A DNA stretch of 64,000 nt from Bacteroidota bacterium (GCA_016722565.1 JADKIU010000002.1:1030119-1094118); one strand, 5' to 3'. Shown: positions 39,876 through 50,637, counted from the stretch's first letter. Notes: generated by a model from the letters alone, not told the origin. Numbers and translations: made by a program.

Positions 39876-41384
39876 ATGCAGTTCAAAATGAAACGTAAAA
39901 TAATATTTCGCGCTGATGGTGGAAAGTCAATCGGAATGGGGCATGTTGTTCGAAGTTGTGCATTGGCAGCAATGTTGAAAGATAATTTCACTATTGTTTT
40001 TGCCATCCAACAGCCGATTGAAAGCGTTTTGAAAACAATTCATTCTGTAACAGAAACGATTCTGCACCTTCCGCTTACCGAAGATTTTGATCAGGATGCT
40101 GTCAACTTCTCAGAGTTTTTGGAATCAACGGATATTGTTGTTTTGGATGGTTATAACTTTAAAACCGATTACCAAAAAACGATTCAAAAAAAAGGCTGTA
40201 AATTACTTGTAATTGATGATCTTCATAGCTGGCATCACTTTGCTGATGCAATTTTAAACCATGCAGACGGAATAAAAGAGTCGGTTTATTCAAAAGAAAA
40301 TAACAGCAAACTCTATCTTGGTTTAGATTATGTTTTGTTACGCAAACCATTTTTGGAAAATACCTCAGAAACAAGAAAAATAAGTGCTGTTAAAAAAGCA
40401 TTTATCAGTATGGGAGCTGCGGATATAAATAATCTGACACAGAAATTTACTGAAGGACTTATTCAAATAAAGGAGATTGAAGAAATACATCTCATGCTGG
40501 GTTCCATCAATCCAAACCTTACAAGCATTGATACTCTCATTGCAAACAATAAACAAATTAAAATAATCAAACACTTTGAAATTTCGGCTGAACAATTAGC
40601 TGACTTGCTAAAAAAGTGCGACATCGCTATTTGTCCTGCCAGCAGCATCTCACTTGAATGCTGTGCAATTGGAATCGGATTGATTTCCGGCTACACTGCC
40701 GAAAATCAAAAAGGAATACTTCAGGGATTGGCAAATAAAAATGTCATTCTCAATTTAGGTGATTTTAATGAAATAGCAGTAGCAACAATTACTGCAGAGC
40801 TAAAAAGAATCGTTGACACGCCTCAACAATTAAATCAACTAATCGAAAATCAGAAAAAGTTGATTGACGGAAATTCCCCAGCAAGATTGCTAAAAATAGT
40901 TAAAGAGCTGATTTCCGAGAAAATACACTTTAGATTTGCAAAGGAAACGGATGTTGATGTTTATTACAAATGGACCAACGACCCTGCTGTGAGAATTAAT
41001 TCATACAATCAGTCAGAAGTTACGTATGAAAATCATGTAAAATGGTTTCATTCGAAATTAGCTTCTCAGAATTGTTTTATGTATTATTTTTTAAACGAAG
41101 AAAACATTCCTATCGGGCAAATACGCATTGAGAAAGGTGAAAAAGAGACGGTAATCGGAATATCAATCGACTCGACACAGCGTGGAAAAGGCCTTGCAAG
41201 TAGAATGCTTAAAATGGCTTCTGAAGATTACTTAAAAAAGCATACCTTAGAAGTGATTACTGCATACATTAAAGTAGAAAACACATCCTCCTATCAGAGT
41301 TTTATTAAAGCTGGTTACGGGAACGAAGAGCTGGTTACCGAGCAAGGAAGTAAGAGTTATAAATTAATAAAAAAATCAGTTTAG
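39876..41384 (+). CDS. pseG: PseG (UDP-6-deoxy-AltdiNAc hydrolase, GT-B-like) fused to a C-terminal GNAT acetyltransferase (PseH-like)
   Basis: N-terminal KIIFRADGGKSIGMGHVVRSCALAAML (PseG signature). The C-terminal 150 aa has a GNAT fold (...IGQIRIEKGEKETVIGISIDSTQRGKGLASRML...). Confidence 0.75.
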   Translation: MQFKMKRKIIFRADGGKSIGMGHVVRSCALAAMLKDNFTIVFAIQQPIESVLKTIHSVTETILHLPLTEDFDQDAVNFSEFLESTDIVVLDGYNFKTDYQKTIQKKGCKLLVIDDLHSWHHFADAILNHADGIKESVYSKENNSKLYLGLDYVLLRKPFLENTSETRKISAVKKAFISMGAADINNLTQKFTEGLIQIKEIEEIHLMLGSINPNLTSIDTLIANNKQIKIIKHFEISAEQLADLLKKCDIAICPASSISLECCAIGIGLISGYTAENQKGILQGLANKNVILNLGDFNEIAVATITAELKRIVDTPQQLNQLIENQKKLIDGNSPARLLKIVKELISEKIHFRFAKETDVDVYYKWTNDPAVRINSYNQSEVTYENHVKWFHSKLASQNCFMYYFLNEENIPIGQIRIEKGEKETVIGISIDSTQRGKGLASRMLKMASEDYLKKHTLEVITAYIKVENTSSYQSFIKAGYGNEELVTEQGSKSYKLIKKSV

Positions 41385-41385
41385 A

Positions 41386-42426
41386 ATGACTGACATAAAA
41401 ATTGGAAACTACATCATAGGAAATGGCCACAAGCCATTTATCATTGCTGAAATGAGCGGCAACCATAATCAATCGCTTGACCGAGCATTGGAATTGGTAG
41501 ATGCGGCAGCCGAAGCAGGTGCTCATGCATTAAAACTTCAAACGTACACTGCAGATACAATCACAATGAAAGGTGCAATGACCATTGACGATAAAAATTC
41601 TTTGTGGAATGGAAAGGAGCTACACGATCTTTACAAAATGGCTTATACTCCATGGGAATGGCACAAAGCAATATTTGACCGGGCAAAAGAAAAAGGAATG
41701 ATTGCATTCAGCTCTCCCTTCGATGAGACTGCAGTAGATTTTTTAGAATCGCTGAATGTTCCCCTCTATAAAATCGCATCGTTTGAAAACACACATCACC
41801 CTTTATTGAAAAAAGTCGCTGCCACCGGAAAACCTGTTATCATTTCAAGTGGCGTAACAACTCGTGAAGACATTACAGAAAGTATCGAAGTATTGAGAAA
41901 AGCAGGTTGCAAAAACATTATTTTATTAAAATGCACCAGTACATATCCTGCAACTCCCGAAAACACAAATCTTTTAACGATTCCTGATTTCATAAATTCA
42001 TTCAACTGTATTGTGGGATTATCCGATCACACCATGGGAGTTGGTGCGTCTGTTGCAGCTGTTGCATTGGGAGCAAGAGTAATAGAGAAACATTTTACGC
42101 TCAGAAGAGCTGACGGAGGTGTTGACAGTGCTTTTTCATTAGAACCGGAAGAATTGAAATCCTTGGTTGTTGAAACTGAACGAGCTTTTTTATCATTAGG
42201 AGAAATTCAAAAAGGAATTTTACCTGCTGAGGAAAAAAGCGTACAATTCAAGCGCTCCATCTTTGTTTCTAAAGACGTAAAAAAGGGAGAAATCTTATCT
42301 GCAGAAAATTTAAAAATTATTCGCCCAGCAAAAGGCTTAACACCAAAGCATTGGGATGAAGTGGTTGGAAAAACCGCAAAAGCAGATATAAAAGCTGGAA
42401 CGCCTTTAAGCTGGGACTGCATCTAA
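41386..42426 (+). CDS. pseI: Pseudaminic acid synthase (NeuB family)
   Basis: NeuB TIM-barrel motifs (IIAEMSGNHNQSL, KIASFE, GLSDHT) and a C-terminal SAF domain. Confidence 0.85.
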   Translation: MTDIKIGNYIIGNGHKPFIIAEMSGNHNQSLDRALELVDAAAEAGAHALKLQTYTADTITMKGAMTIDDKNSLWNGKELHDLYKMAYTPWEWHKAIFDRAKEKGMIAFSSPFDETAVDFLESLNVPLYKIASFENTHHPLLKKVAATGKPVIISSGVTTREDITESIEVLRKAGCKNIILLKCTSTYPATPENTNLLTIPDFINSFNCIVGLSDHTMGVGASVAAVALGARVIEKHFTLRRADGGVDSAFSLEPEELKSLVVETERAFLSLGEIQKGILPAEEKSVQFKRSIFVSKDVKKGEILSAENLKIIRPAKGLTPKHWDEVVGKTAKADIKAGTPLSWDCI

Positions 42427-42498
42427 AATTTAGGAATAAGGATTATTAAATAATTAAAGTAAATCCTAATTCTAAAAATCCTTAATCCGGAATTTCAA

Positions 42499-43968
42499 AT
42501 GGGAATAATAGAAAAACAAGCTACAAAAAATGCCATCTACTCTTATTTAGGAGCAGGCTTAGGCTTTTTTACAGTTATGTGGATGGCGCACCTTTTAACT
42601 CCTGCCGAAAATGGCGCCAGAGGCTTGTTAATTTCCTACTCCGCTTTGTTTGCTCAATTTGCTAACCTAGGTTTTACTTCTGTGACCAATCGTTTTTTTC
42701 CTTATTTCAGAAATAAAGAAAAAGGACATCATGGATTTTTATTTTATGCCCTCATCATTACTCTCATTGGCTTTTTATTATGCTATATTGTTTTCATTTT
42801 TCTTCAACCACAACTCATTGAAAAAAGCCAGGAAAAATCTCCCCTATTTATTACATTTTTGTATTACCTAATGCCATTAACTTTTTTCACTGTATTCTTT
42901 AATATATTCGATAGTTACTTAAGAGCATGTTATAGCTCTGTTATTGGATCCTTTAGTAAGGATTTTTTACAAAGAGTGCTAATTCTCATTGTGCTGACGT
43001 TCTATTTTTTAAAACTAATCGACTTCAAAGTTTTTATTCTACTTTACATTGTTGTCACATGCTTATCAACTATCATATTGCTAGTTTATATCATTTTGCA
43101 AAAAGAATGGCATGTAAGACCTGTCCGCGGTTTTATGAGTAAGGAACTGAGAACAGAAATGGTGAAGCTGGGCACCTACTCCATCCTTGCGGGTGGCGCA
43201 GGAGCAGTAGTTCTTAACATTGATGCCATAATGGTTAATTCTATATTGGGTGAAGAAAAAACAGGAATCTATTCCATTGCTTTTCAAATCGGTACCATCA
43301 TTTTAATTCCCGCGCGCTCGTTGTATCGTATCATGACCAGTATAGTAGCAGAAGCATTCAAAAAAGACGATATCAAAGAAGTTGCAGCACTTTACAGAAA
43401 GTCATGTAATAGTCAATTAGCTATTGGAATATTATTGTTTATCGGAGTGTTTGTGAATATTGACAATATTATGCAGTTAATACCAGCAGAATATGCATCC
43501 GGGAAAAACGTAATTTTAATTTTGAGTTTAGGTTATTTAATAGAAATGGCAACCGGCATCAATCAAGTGATTATCGCAAATTCAAAATACTATAAGTACG
43601 ATACATTTTTCGTATTCTTGATGGTAGGGGTTGTTATCATTGCCAACCTCATCTTTATTCCTATTTATGGGATCATGGGGTCAGCAATTGCAACAGCGCT
43701 TACTGTTTCCGCAAACAATTTTTTACGCTTCTTATTTTTAAAAATAAAATACAACATGCAACCTTATGATCTCAATTCACTAAAAATTATTCTGATTGCA
43801 GTGGTGTCTATCCTTCCAAGTTTGTTCATTCCCGCACTCAACAAATACGTTGATATCGTTTTAAGGAGTGGAATTGTAGGTGGTATATTTATTTTATTAA
43901 TGCTAAAAACAGAAGCAACACCGGAATTGAATAATAAAATCCGAAAAAATCTGAAACGGTTTTTATGA
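42499..43968 (+). CDS. Second Wzx-like oligosaccharide flippase (MOP family), paralog of 29408..30877
   Basis: 489 aa; NRFFPYFRNKEKGHHGF and NMQPYDLNSLKI motifs shared with the first copy. Confidence 0.65.
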   Translation: MGIIEKQATKNAIYSYLGAGLGFFTVMWMAHLLTPAENGARGLLISYSALFAQFANLGFTSVTNRFFPYFRNKEKGHHGFLFYALIITLIGFLLCYIVFIFLQPQLIEKSQEKSPLFITFLYYLMPLTFFTVFFNIFDSYLRACYSSVIGSFSKDFLQRVLILIVLTFYFLKLIDFKVFILLYIVVTCLSTIILLVYIILQKEWHVRPVRGFMSKELRTEMVKLGTYSILAGGAGAVVLNIDAIMVNSILGEEKTGIYSIAFQIGTIILIPARSLYRIMTSIVAEAFKKDDIKEVAALYRKSCNSQLAIGILLFIGVFVNIDNIMQLIPAEYASGKNVILILSLGYLIEMATGINQVIIANSKYYKYDTFFVFLMVGVVIIANLIFIPIYGIMGSAIATALTVSANNFLRFLFLKIKYNMQPYDLNSLKIILIAVVSILPSLFIPALNKYVDIVLRSGIVGGIFILLMLKTEATPELNNKIRKNLKRFL

Positions 43969-43971
43969 CTT

Positions 43972-46269
43972 TTATCTTATTAAACTTACAAAACCAGTAA
44001 GTGCTTCGACATCATCTCCACGTTCTTTAACGCTCAGAATATAATAGTAAAGACCCGCATTTGCCATTACATTATCTTTATCACCACCATTCCATACAAC
44101 ACTTTCTGGATCATTTGTTTCAAACACCAATTGTCCCCATCGATTAAATATTAGCAATTCATAAACATAACAATTTGAAAAATAGTTAATCCTGAATTCA
44201 TCATTTATTCCATCTCCATTTGGAGTAAATACATTGGGAATTTGGATAGAAGATTCAACAATAGAAGCAACTGTTACAACTTGCTGAATTGAATCAGAAC
44301 ATTGAAAACCAGGATTAGTAGTAAAAACAACATTATAAACTCCATCTGAATAATTATTTATAGGGTTTTCTAGCGTACTATAAACGCCATTACCAAAATC
44401 CCAGAAATAAGATTGAGCTCCTACAGACAAATTTTGAAACAAAATTTGGTGTTCACATTCATCATATGAAAACGAAAATAAAGCTGGAACATAATCAGCA
44501 ACAGTAACAATAACTGTATCTATATCATCCAAACAAAAAACTCCCGAAGCAGAAACAAAGTATACAGATGTTGACGAAGGCGTAACTGTAATGGATGGAG
44601 CACTTGCTGAACTGGCTCCAGACCAAATGTAGGTTGAAGCACCAGAAGCTGTTAAAGTAACACTTTGACCTGAACAAATGCTCGTTAATCCTGAAACAGA
44701 TATATTAGGCTGGGGTTCAACAAAAACCAATACGGTGTCCGTATCATTGCCACAGGCATTTGTTAACCCTGTTACATAATAAGTTGTTGTTAAAGTTGGG
44801 GAAACAAGAACACTTGAACCGATCGAACTAATTCCTCCTGACCAAACATAAGCTGTGCTACCTGAACTACTTAATGTTAAAGATTGTCCTGAACAAATAC
44901 TATCAGAAGCAGAAGTTGAAATATTCACTAACTCATCAACAACTACTGTAATTGTATCCAACAAAATACCACAACTAGATGTATCGCCTATAACATAATA
45001 TGTCGTAGTTACCAAAGGGGAAACAATAATAGTACTTGAGGTTGAACTATCACCTCCAGCCCATTGATAAATAGAGCTACCTGTTGCTGTTAACGTTGTA
45101 CTTTGACCTAAACATATTTCATTTATTCCAGTAATATTTATGTTTGGCGAAGTAGTAACTTTTATCATAAAATTAGGAATCCCGGCTAAACTCATCTTTC
45201 CAGAAAGTGAAAGAGTTGAACTAGAATAACCACAAGCTAAGCCTAAAACATTTGGGTTATTAATAACATCAAGATTAGTAGGACCAGTTGAGCCAGTTGT
45301 GGTTTTCGCAACATAAATTTTGCCATCAACTCCAAGTTGCATAGCGCATAAATAATCTATACCCGTTCCAACCAAAACAGAAGAAGCTATAACTGCAGCC
45401 GGAGAACCTGCTAATAAATTGAATTGAAACACCTGCTTTGAAAGAGCACTACTACAATAAAGTACATTTCCATTTGGGGAGAATTCAACTCCAGAACAGA
45501 TATTGAAAGTAGGAGAACTAATTGAAATAGGATTAGAAAGTATACCTAAATTAATATCAAAATCAAAAACTTCAAATTTCTTATAATCACCCATCGCCAA
45601 AGCAACTTTATGACCTTGTTGAGAAAACTTCATTGACCCGATTGAATTCAAAGTTGATCCAGAATGAATACTACCTACACTGCTAATAACGCTTGGACTA
45701 ATACCTGATGTGGTTATCCGATCAGCAAAAAAATTACTTGTTCCCCACTCATGTGATAACAACCAAATGTTTCCATCACATCCTTGTATGGCAGTTTGTT
45801 TTTCAGATACAATACTATGCAATAAAACATTCTTTGCGGAGGAAACAACATCTCCAAAACCTGAATTTAAAGTCATATCAACGATTGAATACTTCATTGC
45901 TCCTCCAAGTTCATAAATGGTGAAAATATAATATTTATTTACATCCCCTGGAATGGGAACAATTAATGCCGACTGCGTAGTGGAGATATGACCTGACAAA
46001 CCTGTTCCGTTGGGCATCACACTATGACTTCGATCCCAAACAGTTATACCATCAGTATAGAAAAGTAAATTACCAAGATTATCACTTATTGTAGAACACC
46101 CCTCTTGAGTATTAAGCATACCATCTGTTAAAGCAACTGGAGACCCGGAATTAAAATCCAAACCAGCGTGATTACCGAAATACCAAATATTTTTTTCTCC
46201 TTGAGCGCACAACTCACCGGTTATAAATGGTAAATACAAGCATAGGATAAAAAATTTTAATCGGCTCAT
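43972..46269 (-). CDS. Large secreted adhesin-like protein with four internal Ig/PKD-like repeats of about 70 aa and a gliding-motility-associated (T9SS type B) C-terminal domain
   Basis: Signal peptide; repeated ...TTTYYV(I/T)G...C...DT(I/D)TV... units; C-terminal IPNVFTPNGDGINDEF...WNGG... signature. Confidence 0.7.
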   Translation of the reverse strand: MSRLKFFILCLYLPFITGELCAQGEKNIWYFGNHAGLDFNSGSPVALTDGMLNTQEGCSTISDNLGNLLFYTDGITVWDRSHSVMPNGTGLSGHISTTQSALIVPIPGDVNKYYIFTIYELGGAMKYSIVDMTLNSGFGDVVSSAKNVLLHSIVSEKQTAIQGCDGNIWLLSHEWGTSNFFADRITTSGISPSVISSVGSIHSGSTLNSIGSMKFSQQGHKVALAMGDYKKFEVFDFDINLGILSNPISISSPTFNICSGVEFSPNGNVLYCSSALSKQVFQFNLLAGSPAAVIASSVLVGTGIDYLCAMQLGVDGKIYVAKTTTGSTGPTNLDVINNPNVLGLACGYSSSTLSLSGKMSLAGIPNFMIKVTTSPNINITGINEICLGQSTTLTATGSSIYQWAGGDSSTSSTIIVSPLVTTTYYVIGDTSSCGILLDTITVVVDELVNISTSASDSICSGQSLTLSSSGSTAYVWSGGISSIGSSVLVSPTLTTTYYVTGLTNACGNDTDTVLVFVEPQPNISVSGLTSICSGQSVTLTASGASTYIWSGASSASAPSITVTPSSTSVYFVSASGVFCLDDIDTVIVTVADYVPALFSFSYDECEHQILFQNLSVGAQSYFWDFGNGVYSTLENPINNYSDGVYNVVFTTNPGFQCSDSIQQVVTVASIVESSIQIPNVFTPNGDGINDEFRINYFSNCYVYELLIFNRWGQLVFETNDPESVVWNGGDKDNVMANAGLYYYILSVKERGDDVEALTGFVSLIR

Positions 46270-46307
46270 AGAACAAGAATCAATACTAACAAATTAAATA
46301 TAACCAC

Positions 46308-48833
46308 TTATTCTTTCTTTCTCCAAGCCAAAAACAAGGCAATTCCGGCAAAAACAAACAAGGACAAACAACTTACCAGCGCAATTTTTTCGCCTGTGTA
46401 ATATTTTTGTGGCTCAAATTTAAATTCAACAGTATGCTTACCTGCAGGAACGCGCATTGCACGCAATACCCAATCGCCACAAAAAAACGTTTTCTTTTCT
46501 CCATCCACGTAGGCAACCCAATCCTTATAATAAATCTCAGAAAACACCGTCAATTGTTCTGAAGTTGAATTATAGGCATATGTCAAATGATTCGGTTTAT
46601 AGTCCGTTAATGTTATCGTAGCCGAAGGATCTGCCTTCGGAGTAAACCCTTCTAATTCTGATTTGTAGCGCTCATCCACCACAATTGTTGTTGCAGGATT
46701 AATTTCTCCGACCGCTTTCAACTCTTCATCTGCATTTTTCACCATCTTTACCTCATTCACAAACCATGCATTACCTAAAGCATATCTATTTTGAATGGGC
46801 TGAGCTGAAGGGTTGTAAATCAAATAACGCATGTTCAACATATTTAAAACACCTTGCTGCGCAAAAGTTGCTCGTAATGATGAATCAGTTGGATTCGAAT
46901 TTAAGGTTCCGATAATGTTGGAAATATTATTTCCAATATGCGCTTCTATTAATTCTTGATATCGTCTCAACTTTGCTGCATGATAACCGCCAATTGATTT
47001 ATGATAAAAAGAAGCTCGTGCTGTATTAAACGGGCCATTTTGTGTATCAGTAATGTCCAACACACGATAATTAGGATCTTTATCCTGCAACACCATTTTA
47101 TCCGCTTCCGTCATTGGGAAAGGATTCGTAACTTCTTTCTTGCTTGAAAAATTCTTATCATTCAAAAAAGTTTTATCTACCAACGCCAGATCAAACAATA
47201 TTAAAACACCCATTACCGGAATCAAAATTGCTTTACTAAGTTTCGATTTCACAAATAGCCATACCAGAATTGCACCTATCGAAATAAACAAAAAGCTACG
47301 GATCGCTTCCGATTTAAATATTGCGACACGTGCTGCTTCTATATTATCAAATATCTTATCTGCGATTTCTGCTCCGTTTGTTTTTGCATAGTTATTATAA
47401 ATATCCGCATCTCTGATCCATGTAAAATCAGACAACACCGTTGGCATCAGATAATACATGAGCGACAACCCACCCGTAAGTGCAAAAGAGATAATGAATG
47501 CATTTTGAAATGTAATTTCTTTTTGACTAAATGCCAATTTGATTTTTTGTTTGAAGATATCTGGGTTCTTTAATATTTTATCCAATGCTAATACAGCAAG
47601 AATCGGAATCGCTAACTCCGCAAGCACCAAAATCATTGAAACCGCTCTAAACTTATTATATCCAGGGAAATAATCTAAAAAGAAACTGGTTAACCACATC
47701 ATATTTTTCCCCCAAGCCAATGTGATAGAGAAAATTGTAATAGTCAACAAGGCCCATTTCATTCGCCCTTCTACAATAAACAGTCCGAGCACAAATAAGA
47801 AAACAACAATCGCTCCCGCATAAGGGGAAGATGTGGTTGGTTGCGCACCCCAATATTGTGGGAAATTAGAAACAACTTCTCTCATTTGAGGATCTAAATC
47901 CTTTAATGCCGACTTATTTTCTCCAATCAACATTCCATCGGTTCTTCCTTTAAATCCGGGAATCATCAAGGTCATGGTTTCGGCTTTACCTAAACTCCAT
48001 TGAGTGGCATAATCCTTATCCAAACCGGAAGTTTTATTGGTTTTGTCTGTCGACAATTCTGATGGACCGCGGATAGTTGATTTTGCATAATCATAGGTAT
48101 TCCACAAGTTAGATATATTACAGCCAATCGCCAATACACCTGCAATAACAAACACCAATAACCCTTTCAAAATATCCATGTATTGCTTTTGTCTGAAACG
48201 TGCTATCCACTCAAAAACAACATAAATCATACAACCCAATGCTAAATAATAAGCAATTTGGGGATGGTTGCACACCAATTCCAAAGCAAAAAACAATCCG
48301 GTTAATGCACCTCCTAATAAATATTGCCCTCTGCAAACCAAAATAACACCAGCAAAAACAGGTGCCATATAAGCAATTGCTAATGCCTGTGTATTATGCC
48401 CTGCATCAATAATCAAAAAGAAAAAGGCGGAGAAGCCAAAAGCTATCGCACCAACAATACTCAACCATTTATCCACTTTAAGCACCAACAATAAAATGAA
48501 AAAACCCATCATATAGGAAAACACCATATTGGCAGGTGTCGGGAATCCCAACATAAACGCATTTCTTAAGGGTGTAATTAAATTGGATGGATAGGTTATT
48601 GAAATCTGAAACGTTGGCATCCCTCCAAACATTGAATTCGTCCACAATGCCTCTTCGTTATATTTTTCACGGTGATCAACCACCTCTTTTGACATACCAC
48701 GGTTTTGAACCATATCACTTTGAACAATTGCTTTCCCTTTCAATAAAGGAGTAAAATAACCGAACGTCAGCACAATAAAAATTACAATTCCTGTAATAAT
48801 TGGCAAAAGTGATTTCAAATTAATGTTCTTCAT
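46308..48833 (-). CDS. YfhO-family polytopic membrane protein (841 aa)
   Basis: N-terminal YFTPLLKGKAIVQSDMVQNRGMSKE...EALWTNSMFGGMP, and more than 12 TM helices. Confidence 0.55.
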   Translation of the reverse strand: MKNINLKSLLPIITGIVIFIVLTFGYFTPLLKGKAIVQSDMVQNRGMSKEVVDHREKYNEEALWTNSMFGGMPTFQISITYPSNLITPLRNAFMLGFPTPANMVFSYMMGFFILLLVLKVDKWLSIVGAIAFGFSAFFFLIIDAGHNTQALAIAYMAPVFAGVILVCRGQYLLGGALTGLFFALELVCNHPQIAYYLALGCMIYVVFEWIARFRQKQYMDILKGLLVFVIAGVLAIGCNISNLWNTYDYAKSTIRGPSELSTDKTNKTSGLDKDYATQWSLGKAETMTLMIPGFKGRTDGMLIGENKSALKDLDPQMREVVSNFPQYWGAQPTTSSPYAGAIVVFLFVLGLFIVEGRMKWALLTITIFSITLAWGKNMMWLTSFFLDYFPGYNKFRAVSMILVLAELAIPILAVLALDKILKNPDIFKQKIKLAFSQKEITFQNAFIISFALTGGLSLMYYLMPTVLSDFTWIRDADIYNNYAKTNGAEIADKIFDNIEAARVAIFKSEAIRSFLFISIGAILVWLFVKSKLSKAILIPVMGVLILFDLALVDKTFLNDKNFSSKKEVTNPFPMTEADKMVLQDKDPNYRVLDITDTQNGPFNTARASFYHKSIGGYHAAKLRRYQELIEAHIGNNISNIIGTLNSNPTDSSLRATFAQQGVLNMLNMRYLIYNPSAQPIQNRYALGNAWFVNEVKMVKNADEELKAVGEINPATTIVVDERYKSELEGFTPKADPSATITLTDYKPNHLTYAYNSTSEQLTVFSEIYYKDWVAYVDGEKKTFFCGDWVLRAMRVPAGKHTVEFKFEPQKYYTGEKIALVSCLSLFVFAGIALFLAWRKKE

Positions 48834-49005
48834 AGATAGAATGCTTGTTTATTTTTTCAATGCCCACAAATATAAGCTAAAAAGCCTTTTGTAAAACCGA
48901 ATAAACTACTCCAGAATTTGTTAAAAATCCCTTTTTTTACCATTAAATAGGTAAGAATGGTCTCTAATATTTCCGTATTTTTGTGCTCGAAATCCTTCAA
49001 AAGAA

Positions 49006-49821
49006 ATGAAAAACTTAATTAATTCCGCTTATTTAAGCGAAGAAAAAATAAAAGAAATTCGTGCCCAATTCGAATCTGCTGTTCCCTGCAAACACATTGC
49101 ATTGCCCAATTTCCTTTTGGACGATGTTGCCAATACCCTTTACGAAAACTTCCCAAAACTGGAAGCCTTGAACGTAAAACGTAAAAGCATCAATGAAAAC
49201 AAATCGGAGGAATACCATCTTGACAGATACCATCCGCAATTTAATGAGTTGCGCGACTTTCTAAACTCTCCTGAAATGTATGCTTGGATGAGTAAAGTGA
49301 CCGGCACAGAAGGATTAAGCTCCACCTACGACTCATTGGGCTCAGGCGTTCATCAAGGTGGCCCAGGAAGTTTTGTGGATATCCATGTAGATGTGAACTC
49401 CAATACCGCAGCGAAATTGCACAGACGCTACAACCTATTGATTTATTTAAACAAACATTGGAAAGACGAATACGGTGGAGCCTTAGAATTTTGGGATAAG
49501 GATGTAAAAAATTGCATGTCGAAAGTGATGCCGTATTTTAATCAAGCAGCGATTATGGTTACGGACGAAACTTCCTACCATGGTTATGCAAAAATCAATA
49601 TCCCGGAAGGAGAAAGTCGAAAGTCATTCTATTGCTATTACTACACTCCTGTTGGAAAAGATTTTGTTTACCGCGACTCTCGCTTCAAAACTCGTCCGGA
49701 TGAAAGTATGACGAAAACAGCAATCACCGAAATAAAAGAAACCATAAAAATTAATGCGAAGAAATTTTTAAAATTCTTAGGTGTTACTTCTTTAGATTTT
49801 CAAGATAAAAACAAAAAATAA
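49006..49821 (+). CDS. 2OG-Fe(II) oxygenase superfamily protein (prolyl-hydroxylase-like)
   Basis: HVDVNS...H...R facial-triad-like spacing in FVDIHVDVNSNTAAKLHRRYNLLIYLNKHWKDEYGGALEF. Confidence 0.5.
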   Translation: MKNLINSAYLSEEKIKEIRAQFESAVPCKHIALPNFLLDDVANTLYENFPKLEALNVKRKSINENKSEEYHLDRYHPQFNELRDFLNSPEMYAWMSKVTGTEGLSSTYDSLGSGVHQGGPGSFVDIHVDVNSNTAAKLHRRYNLLIYLNKHWKDEYGGALEFWDKDVKNCMSKVMPYFNQAAIMVTDETSYHGYAKINIPEGESRKSFYCYYYTPVGKDFVYRDSRFKTRPDESMTKTAITEIKETIKINAKKFLKFLGVTSLDFQDKNKK

Positions 49822-50637
49822 TTGGAATTAAACGGAAAAATAGTTTGGATTACTGGAGCTTCATCAGGAATTGGTGAAGCTCTTGCATATACTGCTGCCA
49901 AAGAAGGCGCAAAACTTGTTTTATCCGCTCGTAGAGAAGAAGAACTGAAACGAGTTGCCGCAAATTGTTCCACAGGAATCCATTCGGATAAGATTGAAGA
50001 ACAAAATTATTTTGTACTTCCGCTTGATTTAGAACATACCGATAACATCGAAGAGCAAGTCAATTTGGTGATTCAAAAATTCGGACGAATTGATGTGCTC
50101 ATCAATAACAGCGGCATGGGACACCGCACCAAAGTGGTGAACACACCCACTGCCATCGACCGAAGAGTGATGGAAGTTAACTTTTTTGGCACCATCAACC
50201 TCACCAAAGCGGTTGCCAAAAGAATGCAACATCAAAAAAGCGGCAAACTGGTAGTTGTAACCAGTATTATGGGGAAATACGGGCTCCCACTCTATGCAAC
50301 TTATTCCGCTTCCAAACATGCTTTATTTGGTTTTTTTGAATCATTGCGACAAGAACTCTACAACGACAACGTAAGTGTGCTCATCGCCACTCCCGGCTTT
50401 ATCAATACTGATGTAAGCACCAAACTGCTAAAAGAAGACGGAACACCTTATGGTATCAAAAGCGATGCACAAGAAAAAGGGATGTCCGCATTGGATTGTG
50501 CAAAAGGAATTGTAAAAGCTATCAAAAACGACCGTGATCATAAATACATCGGTAAGTATGAAATTTTTTCAGTGTATGTAAAACAGTATTTCCCAAAATT
50601 GTTTTATAAGTTGATGCGAAAAATGACCAAAGACTAA
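49822..50637 (+). CDS. Short-chain dehydrogenase/reductase (SDR)
   Basis: TGASSGIGEA (TGxxxGxG), NNSG, YSASK catalytic motif. Confidence 0.85.
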   Translation: MELNGKIVWITGASSGIGEALAYTAAKEGAKLVLSARREEELKRVAANCSTGIHSDKIEEQNYFVLPLDLEHTDNIEEQVNLVIQKFGRIDVLINNSGMGHRTKVVNTPTAIDRRVMEVNFFGTINLTKAVAKRMQHQKSGKLVVVTSIMGKYGLPLYATYSASKHALFGFFESLRQELYNDNVSVLIATPGFINTDVSTKLLKEDGTPYGIKSDAQEKGMSALDCAKGIVKAIKNDRDHKYIGKYEIFSVYVKQYFPKLFYKLMRKMTKD

